A stretch of 23,122 nt of DNA from the NCBI GenBank assembly GCA_016930515.1, contig JAFGGO010000151.1, positions 1 through 23,122 of the forward strand. Reading direction: 5' to 3'. The DNA is from Promethearchaeota archaeon (GTDB lineage: Archaea > Asgardarchaeota > Lokiarchaeia > Sigyniarchaeales > SOKP01). The notes beneath the pieces are model-generated. The model did not search any database. It was not told where the DNA came from and saw only the letters and a list, made by a program, of their open reading frames with translations. The translations under genes and the position numbers were made by a program. Positions 7,583 through 14,905 of this stretch are shown piece after piece (within the stretch, counting starts at the first letter, position 1; each line of letters starts with the position of its first letter).

Positions 7583-9604
7583 TTAATCGCTAAGATATAT
7601 GTATTCACGTGCTATCTTTCTCTTGTCCCTACCAGCAAGAATGTGAACGTGCTTGAGCCTCTTGAGGGATTCCTTGCTAAAATATTCGAGAGGAATGTAT
7701 ACAAGCTCGCGATTTTTTATACCCGCCATGGTGAAAAAATATTTTCTAGGGGGTTCTGGGGAGATATAGATGACATATCTTTCTTGAGAAAAGCGTATTC
7801 CTGCTTTTAGCAAGCGTTCAGCCTTGTTTTGAGTGTCTAAAAAGTATAGATCCGAGAACATGTCAAAAACATTTTGATGATTGCGTGGTGGAAACATTGA
7901 AAGCATCCCACCAATTTCGACGTGGGAAATACCCGGACCTATTAGATAATCTCCAGGGTTCGTGGTATATAAGGCCATATCGCTTTCCTTATCGTGTTCT
8001 GCCCACCAATCGAAAGTATGAGGATATTTCTCGATTGGTCCGTCGTCTTTATCGAATATGATAACGAGCGTGTCTATGTTTCCTTGAAGTTGGTGCTCGC
8101 GCTTGACATAAATCTTTTTTTCGATGCCCCAATTTCTTAAAGTTTCCTTAATGGCGATTCCGTCCAATAGGCTGGATTTGAACTCCTCTATGTGGATATG
8201 GTGTTCTTTCAAGCTTTTTTTTATTTTATTGTGAATGAATGCAAAACAATCTTCAACGAGAATGTCTTCGGGAGGATAGGAGACGGCAGACCACTTTCCT
8301 TCCTCCCATTTTTCTCTCCATTGGCCAGGATACTCTTCTTTCGGAGTTTCTTTTAATGGAATTTCATCCTTCTTGCCCTCGTGATAGGCATATCGAGTCT
8401 TTAACCGCACGAATCTCCCATTCGGGTCGTAACCCCCCTCAACGCTCAGTTTCATGGTCTCGTACGTGTCAGAATCGTCGTCGTAGGGATATTTCGTGGC
8501 TTTCTCGAAGACTCTCCAACCAAAATCGTCGTCAACCACGTTTTTTGAAGAGATGAGCAGGTTAAATAGATTTGGCATTAACCTCCGTTCGGTTAGTGCG
8601 AGGTTCCGGGAATATTGAAACAAGGTCTTGAGCCTGTGAAGGTCGACGAATTCCTTGAATTCTTCCTCGTAGTTGCGTTTTGCCTTTAAAAAGATGTTGC
8701 TGATGTGTTTAACCTTGTTGTACGACACTAAAAAATCATCGAGTTGATCGGGCGATTCTAATCGATTGAATATGTCTTGAAAATGCTTTTGCTTGAACTT
8801 GACCCATCGATAAGTATCGTAAGGGAGCTCTCGTAGGAGAAATCTCGCATCAGAGCCCTTGATATTGTAAATTTGGACGTGCTTGTGTGGAATGAGATCG
8901 ATTTCGATGTTATCAGTCTTCTCGGGGTGTTCTAAGAAATATTTGATATTTTCCCAATGCCCCATTCCTACCACGAACAAGATCCTGCGATAAAGGGGCA
9001 TCATCCGTAAAAGGTGCCTTGCCATGTATTGTTCTCGAAGCACGTCCTTTTCCAAGGCGGCGTATGCTTGCTCAAGCTCTTCTTCTTCCTCGTCTTCGCT
9101 TTCTCCTGAGGATTCGTCGAAAAATACGTCTTCAGATGTAATGCGTTCCCTGATTTCTTGTTTTTTTTCTTGGAATTCCCTGTTCAACACCTCGGATACT
9201 CTTTTATAGAACGAATTTAAACCGATCTTGTTGAGAGAATGGTCGTCTGGAAGCACCAATTCGATTGGAGAGTAATCCTTCACTGAAAGGTCCACGAGTT
9301 CTAGTGGAATGTCGTGTTCGAGACCTAATTTTATTGCTTCGATGATCGAATCTCCAGGATCGATAGGAACGAAGCTTAATTGAGTGGGATTCAGGGTATC
9401 TGCGTATCCTAAAAGGGACAGAAAGGGAAGTCGCTTGATAGATTCGAACACTTCTTCTCGTATGTTGCTGGGCAATTCGACTGCGATCAAGTCTGGTGAA
9501 ACTTGAAAGAACGCCTTGTTCACGAGCTTGGCAAACTCAATCCTCGAGTGAAACGAGGGAATGACGTGCAAGTTTTTATACTTGATATAGGGTTTTTCAT
9601 CCAT
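7583..9604 (-). CDS. Conserved MoxR-associated protein with an N-terminal TIKI/TraB/EreA-ChaN-like domain
   Basis: 673-aa ORF with motifs IPSFH, IAVELP, REQYMA and ILFVVGMGH in the order typical of the TraB/TIKI/EreA superfamily. It lies 30 bp downstream of a MoxR ATPase on the same strand. Confidence 0.65.
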   Translation of the reverse strand: MDEKPYIKYKNLHVIPSFHSRIEFAKLVNKAFFQVSPDLIAVELPSNIREEVFESIKRLPFLSLLGYADTLNPTQLSFVPIDPGDSIIEAIKLGLEHDIPLELVDLSVKDYSPIELVLPDDHSLNKIGLNSFYKRVSEVLNREFQEKKQEIRERITSEDVFFDESSGESEDEEEEELEQAYAALEKDVLREQYMARHLLRMMPLYRRILFVVGMGHWENIKYFLEHPEKTDNIEIDLIPHKHVQIYNIKGSDARFLLRELPYDTYRWVKFKQKHFQDIFNRLESPDQLDDFLVSYNKVKHISNIFLKAKRNYEEEFKEFVDLHRLKTLFQYSRNLALTERRLMPNLFNLLISSKNVVDDDFGWRVFEKATKYPYDDDSDTYETMKLSVEGGYDPNGRFVRLKTRYAYHEGKKDEIPLKETPKEEYPGQWREKWEEGKWSAVSYPPEDILVEDCFAFIHNKIKKSLKEHHIHIEEFKSSLLDGIAIKETLRNWGIEKKIYVKREHQLQGNIDTLVIIFDKDDGPIEKYPHTFDWWAEHDKESDMALYTTNPGDYLIGPGISHVEIGGMLSMFPPRNHQNVFDMFSDLYFLDTQNKAERLLKAGIRFSQERYVIYISPEPPRKYFFTMAGIKNRELVYIPLEYFSKESLKRLKHVHILAGRDKRKIAREYIYLSD

Positions 9605-9634
9605 TTTTTGGTAGAAGACGATGAGTAATTTCGT

Positions 9635-10525
9635 TTATTTTTTTTTTGATGACTTCGACTTCTCGTCAGTTTTCACGAGCTCTTCGTATTCGTCGGGGGA
9701 ATAAAAAATGGCTTCTTCCTCGAGTATGTGTTTTATTACTCGTTTAAAATCGTTTTTATTGAGCTTGTCCTTGCTTTTACCACTCAAGCTTTGTGATTTC
9801 ACGTAATAACGGAGGATATTGATGCCGTCTCGCACGGTAAACTCCTCGTCGTGTTGATGGGCGTTTTGAAGAAAATCCGCGCAATATTCGAGAATCTCGT
9901 CAGAAGCGAAAGGTAGGTTGTATTTTAAAATTTCGAGCTCGTCGTTTCTGTTTGGAAATTCCACGAAAATCCGTGGATTTAACCTGCTTGAAATATATTC
10001 TGGGATGTCATAAGTGCTACTATCACTGTTCATGGTTACGCACATGCGAAAGTCTTCGTGCGCGTATATGCGCACTCCTGCAATGATGCTCTCGACATAG
10101 CGCCTCTTGTCCATTAAAGGTGCCAAGGAGGCCCAACTTTTCTCGCTCATCCGATTTCCCTCATCGAGCAGGCAGACTCCTCCTTTGATCATAGCCGATA
10201 CTAAAGAGCTTGCAACGTATTTTATCTCGTTTTTCGTTGAAATAACAGGACTTACTAGCAAGTCTTCTGGCCTGGTGTCCATAGTGCATTGAAAGATATA
10301 AACATCCTTTTTGAGTGCTTTACCAGTAGCGTAAGCTAATGTGGTCTTCCCAACACCTGGCTTTCCCAAGATTCTTGGATTTAGAGGCAAGTCGTCTTTA
10401 TCTACGATTAACCAAGCGGCTTTTAACTGATTCATCAAGTCTTGGTTCCCAACCCATTTCATGTTGACATTTACGGGTTCGGATAGAAACAGATCAACCC
10501 CCGAAATGGTTATTTTATCGACCAT
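9635..10525 (-). CDS. MoxR-family AAA+ ATPase (AAA_5 / CbbQ-NirQ-NorQ-like)
   Basis: Walker A GKPGVGKT, FQCTMDTRPEDL, Walker B CLLDEGNR, HEDFRMCVTMN, SRL arginine-finger region. Confidence 0.9.
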   Translation of the reverse strand: MVDKITISGVDLFLSEPVNVNMKWVGNQDLMNQLKAAWLIVDKDDLPLNPRILGKPGVGKTTLAYATGKALKKDVYIFQCTMDTRPEDLLVSPVISTKNEIKYVASSLVSAMIKGGVCLLDEGNRMSEKSWASLAPLMDKRRYVESIIAGVRIYAHEDFRMCVTMNSDSSTYDIPEYISSRLNPRIFVEFPNRNDELEILKYNLPFASDEILEYCADFLQNAHQHDEEFTVRDGINILRYYVKSQSLSGKSKDKLNKNDFKRVIKHILEEEAIFYSPDEYEELVKTDEKSKSSKKK

Positions 10526-10719
10526 TTTGTGTTCGCTTTCAAATTAATTATGAAACAATAATGTTCTAAAAGTAATTAATCTTCTTACTTTCTCGTGGAA
10601 AGGGATTTGAAAATATAATCTTAAAGAAAAATAAAATTATTTAAACGCGAAGTTCATTAAATAATAAAAAAAGTTGCATTTTACTCATCAATTAAGTTAT
10701 TCTACAATAGTATAATCAC

Positions 10720-11277
10720 ATGACAGGATCGGTACTAAAGGAATATATTTTAAAATTAGTAGTTTTAGGCGACGCAGCCGTTGGGAAAACGTCTTTAATC
10801 AACCAATACATGCTACACAGCTTTAAGGAGGATTATAAGCCCACGCTCGGCGTTAATATCCTTACCAAGGTGGTAAAGATCGAGGATTACAATGTTAGAT
10901 TGATTCTATGGGATTTAGCGGCCCAATCCAAGTATGAACTTTCTCGAAAATTATTTTTTCAAGGGTGTTCGGGTGCTTTATTGGTTTACGATGTCACGCG
11001 TTATACAAGCTTTTCGAATGTGAAAGAGAAGTGGTACGAGGATTTTATTCGATATGCTCTTCCGGAAACTGGAGGAAATTACTTATTAATTGGAAATAAG
11101 GTAGACCTAGCAGATGAACGAACTGTCACCACCGAAGAAGGCGAAAAAATGGCTAACAAATTAAATGTCGCAGATTTTATTGAAACAAGTGCTAAGAACG
11201 GAAAAAATGTTGATTCTACTTTTAAAACACTCGTATTGTGTGTGTTGCGCAATAAGGGTGTGAAAATTTTGCAATAA
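10720..11277 (+). CDS. Rab-like small GTPase (Ras superfamily) with an atypical G3 (DLAAQ)
   Basis: G1 GDAAVGKT, G2 PTLG, G3 WDLAAQ, G4 NKVD, G5 ETSAK. Confidence 0.93.
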   Translation: MTGSVLKEYILKLVVLGDAAVGKTSLINQYMLHSFKEDYKPTLGVNILTKVVKIEDYNVRLILWDLAAQSKYELSRKLFFQGCSGALLVYDVTRYTSFSNVKEKWYEDFIRYALPETGGNYLLIGNKVDLADERTVTTEEGEKMANKLNVADFIETSAKNGKNVDSTFKTLVLCVLRNKGVKILQ

Positions 11278-11507
11278 TTTCTTTAATAAACCAAATGAAA
11301 GGTCTTCAATAAATGACCATCCAAAAAAAGAACAATAACTAAACCTTAAAAATAGGATTCGTGAAAAAAAAGAAAATCCACATTTGAATCGTGAATGATT
11401 TTTTTACATTAATTTATAGCGAGTTTCTTGATACAACCATAACCTAAAAAGATATAAATCAATAATTTATATCAATATTTAACATTAAAAAATGAACTTA
11501 TCTAAAA

Positions 11508-11936
11508 TTGAATAGCATCGAATGTAATATTGGGAGGGTAATTGTCGGAAAAATACTACCCGATGAGGATATTATTGATGCTATCAAAGAGATGGTATTA
11601 AAGCACGATATCAAATCCGGATTAGTAAATGTCATAGGAGCCCTAAAAAAAACAACGATTGGGTATTTCGATATCGAAATCAAGAATTACAAATTCAAAA
11701 CATTAGACGAAGATGTGGAGTTAATCTCTTGTATGGGAAATGTTTCTTACGATCATGCGGGACCGATCGTGCATCTTCATGTTTCCTTGGGAAAAAATGA
11801 TTTTAACGTTATAGGAGGTCATTTGAGTCAACCTTCGATTGTTTCGATAACGGCAGAAGTCTTGATTTACGAAATAAACCACAAACTAACGCGCTCTACT
11901 GATCCTATGTTTGGATTATCTCTTCTAAATCTCTAA
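11508..11936 (+). CDS. PPC (DUF296) domain protein
   Basis: PDEDIIDAI...IKSG.V..IGAL...ELISCMGNVS...HLHVSLG...GGHL signature. Confidence 0.88.
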   Translation: MNSIECNIGRVIVGKILPDEDIIDAIKEMVLKHDIKSGLVNVIGALKKTTIGYFDIEIKNYKFKTLDEDVELISCMGNVSYDHAGPIVHLHVSLGKNDFNVIGGHLSQPSIVSITAEVLIYEINHKLTRSTDPMFGLSLLNL

Positions 11937-11950
11937 AAATCAAAAAAAGG

Positions 11951-12493
11951 GTGAAAAAATTGGCGGATTACATACTTAAGATCGTTATCCTTGGCGATGC
12001 AGGGGTTGGAAAAACCTCTTTAGTTAATCAATTCGTTTCTAACACGTTTAAAGCAGATTACAGGGGCACAATGGGCGTTCAGATCATAAAAAAACAGGTA
12101 GTTGTAAACGATGAATACACCGTTCGATTGTTATTATGGGACATCGCCGGACAAGACCAATACGAGAAAGCACGAAACGGATATTACGAAGGTGCATCTG
12201 GAGCACTTCTCGTCTATGACTTGACACGATATCGCTCCTTTGACAATATTAATAACAAGTGGTTAAAGGATTTTAGAAAATACGTCAAGATTGATATTCC
12301 ATATATTTTGATTGGAAATAAAGCCGATTTAGAACAGGATAGGGCAGTATTGATGGACGATGCCAAGCGATTAGCCGCTGAAATAAATGCGATCCAGCTA
12401 ATTGAAACATCTGCTCGATCTGGAATGAATGTGGAAGACGCATTTAAAAAACTCGTGCGAAACATACTTATCAAACACGGTGTGGTATTTTAA
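11951..12493 (+). CDS. Rab-like small GTPase
   Basis: GDAGVGKT, GTMG, WDIAGQ, YYEGA, NKAD, ETSAR. Confidence 0.95.
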   Translation: MKKLADYILKIVILGDAGVGKTSLVNQFVSNTFKADYRGTMGVQIIKKQVVVNDEYTVRLLLWDIAGQDQYEKARNGYYEGASGALLVYDLTRYRSFDNINNKWLKDFRKYVKIDIPYILIGNKADLEQDRAVLMDDAKRLAAEINAIQLIETSARSGMNVEDAFKKLVRNILIKHGVVF

Positions 12494-12539
12494 AGAAAAT
12501 CAAAACGATTATAGATGATTTTAAATTTACTAAAATAAC

Positions 12540-13121
12540 TTGTTGATGAGATATAACATGATAGGAGAGTACAAGGGAGAAGTCAAGAACAAGGTCATCA
12601 CGGCACTTCTGACTGCATATCACGAGATATTGGATTACGACGGTTTAAAATCCATTTTAAACGAGGCTAACATGCTGCACCTCAAAGACATTAAAAACAT
12701 CAATCCTGCCGGATCTATGGATTTTTTCTCTTTTAAAAAGGTCATAACGGCGCAGAATATTTTATTATTTGATTCAAATCGCTTGTTAAGAATGATTGGC
12801 GAGAAATTCTCCTTTTATTTGTTTCCTTTTGGAAAAAATTTTGAAGAAATCATCCAAGAAGTCAACGAGTTGATTATAACCGATTGGAAGGTCGAGATTA
12901 TCAGCAAGACTCCAGATGAGATTAAAGTTAATGTACGCAAGTGCGTGTTTTGCTCCGAAATAGGCGTGTCATGCGACCTTTTTAAAGGATTTTTAGTACA
13001 TTCGCTAGAAAAAACCTTGCAATCGAGAATGAAAGTCATTACGGTCGAAGAAAAAGAAAACATAATGGACCCAAACCACAGTAGTTTCGTACTAACATTA
13101 AAGATTCAAAAAAATACATGA
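12540..13121 (+). CDS. V4R-domain (Bet3/HNOX-related fold) protein, divergent
   Basis: ALLTAYHEILDYDGLKSILNEA N-terminus as in standalone V4R proteins, LRMIGEKF helix, V.VRKCVFC...CDLFKGFL...LE core. Alternative starts at 12546 or 12558. Confidence 0.7.
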   Translation: MLMRYNMIGEYKGEVKNKVITALLTAYHEILDYDGLKSILNEANMLHLKDIKNINPAGSMDFFSFKKVITAQNILLFDSNRLLRMIGEKFSFYLFPFGKNFEEIIQEVNELIITDWKVEIISKTPDEIKVNVRKCVFCSEIGVSCDLFKGFLVHSLEKTLQSRMKVITVEEKENIMDPNHSSFVLTLKIQKNT

Positions 13122-13131
13122 GGATTTAAAA

Positions 13132-13683
13132 ATGGGTATCGAAGAAATCAAGGAATTTGTGTTTAAGATCACCGTGTTGGGCAATTCTGCGGTTGGTAAG
13201 ACGAGTCTTATCAATCAATACATAGAACAATCTTTTAAAGAAGATTACAAACCAACGCTCGGAGCAAACATAATTCGAAAGGATGTCTTTATAGACGAGA
13301 TTAACGCAAAATGTAGGCTCATTTTATGGGATCTGGCGGGACAGGAAAAATACAATGTTATTCGTAGCATGTACTTTCAAGGATGTGTAGGAGCACTTTT
13401 GGTGTATGATGTTACGAGACATAATACATTTAGCGACATTCAAGACAGGTGGCTTAAAGATTTTAAAAAATACGTTAAGAAAGAAGGAACCTACGTGCTG
13501 ATTGGTAACAAAGCTGACCTTGAAGATCATCGAGCCGTGTCAAAAGAAGAAGGTGAACAACTGGCAAATTCCATAGAGGCTAGTGATTTTATCGAAACTT
13601 CAGCAAAATTAAATCAAAATGTTGATCTTGCCTTTAAAAAATTGGTTCACCAAATTTTAAGAAACCACGGCGAAGAAATTTAA
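13132..13683 (+). CDS. Rab-like small GTPase
   Basis: GNSAVGKT, PTLG, WDLAGQ, YFQG, NKAD, ETSAK. SD-like GAGG just upstream. Confidence 0.95.
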   Translation: MGIEEIKEFVFKITVLGNSAVGKTSLINQYIEQSFKEDYKPTLGANIIRKDVFIDEINAKCRLILWDLAGQEKYNVIRSMYFQGCVGALLVYDVTRHNTFSDIQDRWLKDFKKYVKKEGTYVLIGNKADLEDHRAVSKEEGEQLANSIEASDFIETSAKLNQNVDLAFKKLVHQILRNHGEEI

Positions 13684-13750
13684 AACTTTTTCAACTAGAT
13701 TAGTGATGTTCATTTATAGTCAATCCAATTAACTTAAGGATCTCGTAATC

Positions 13751-14905
13751 ATGAAAGAATTATCAAAAAAAGTTATCGAAGCTCCTAAATCGAAGATTCG
13801 AGAATTATTCGACTTGGCTGCTGGAAGGTCAGATGTTATAAGTCTCGGTATCGGGCAACCCGACTTTCCTACGCCAGAACCTGCTATTTTGGGAACGATT
13901 GATGCTTTGAACAGGAACATAACGACTTATGCCCCAACCCGGGGCGTTCCCGAGCTATTAAAAGCGTTGGAATCCAAGGTCAAAAAAAATAATAAGATAG
14001 AAACACATTGGAACGAAAACATTATAGCGTGCAATGGGGGTTCAAACGCAATCACTCTCGCTTTCGCTTCTTTGTTTAATCCTGGAGACGAACTCGTATT
14101 ATTTTCTCCTAATTTCGTTTCTTATTTTTACTGCGGTTCCTTTTTTGGAATAAAAATCGTTGAAATCAAGCGAAACGAGGATTTAAGTCCTGATATCGAA
14201 CGTCTAGAAAAGTCAATCACGAATAAAACCAAAGCAATCCTTATCAATTCTCCAAATAATCCAACAGGATACGCACTCGATTTAAAACAACTGGAGCAAA
14301 TTGCGGATATTGCGGTTCAATACGACTTATATTTGATTAGTGATGAAGTGTACGAAAACTATGTTTATAATGGACTTCAGCACGTCAGTCCCGCTTCTCT
14401 TAACGGAATGTTTGAACGAACAGTTACACTTAACGCCATGTCAAAATTATATTCTGCAACGGGATTTAGATTGGGTTATGTCGTAGCTCCTTCGGTAATT
14501 GTCGATCTAATGGAAAAATACCTACAATATACGGTGGCAGGTACGAACCACGCTGCTCAATATGGATTCATCGAAGCGTTGAAGATGGATAACTCGTTTT
14601 TCAATCCTATTCTTAGGAGTTTCAACGAACGTAGAAATTTTATCTATCAAAAACTTCAAGAGATTGGATTTGAGGTTCAAAAACCACTTGGAGCCTTTTA
14701 TATAATGCCATCTTTGAAACCTTTTGGAACGAGTGGTTCTGAATTTTCCATGAATATAATGAAAAACGAGGGCGTAGCGGTCGTTCCCGGAGATATTTTT
14801 GGGTCCTATTCAAACGATAGGTTGAGATTGTCGTACGCAACTTCGATGGATAAGTTGGAAGAAGCGATGATAAGGATGGAAAAATTCGTAAAAAAAAGTT
14901 ATTAG
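13751..14905 (+). CDS. PLP-dependent class I/II aminotransferase (aspartate aminotransferase-like)
   Basis: SLGIGQPDF, NSPNNPTG, ISDEVYE, SK(PLP-Lys)LYSATGFRLGY, GAFY, RLSYA. Confidence 0.93.
   Translation: MKELSKKVIEAPKSKIRELFDLAAGRSDVISLGIGQPDFPTPEPAILGTIDALNRNITTYAPTRGVPELLKALESKVKKNNKIETHWNENIIACNGGSNAITLAFASLFNPGDELVLFSPNFVSYFYCGSFFGIKIVEIKRNEDLSPDIERLEKSITNKTKAILINSPNNPTGYALDLKQLEQIADIAVQYDLYLISDEVYENYVYNGLQHVSPASLNGMFERTVTLNAMSKLYSATGFRLGYVVAPSVIVDLMEKYLQYTVAGTNHAAQYGFIEALKMDNSFFNPILRSFNERRNFIYQKLQEIGFEVQKPLGAFYIMPSLKPFGTSGSEFSMNIMKNEGVAVVPGDIFGSYSNDRLRLSYATSMDKLEEAMIRMEKFVKKSY

Noticed and set aside
13119-13166. UGA readthrough of the V4R gene (also considered for the tbp, LRR and GIY-YIG UGA stops)
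   Set aside because: Only short, meaningless extensions follow, with no fusion to the downstream frame and no Sec-type motif.
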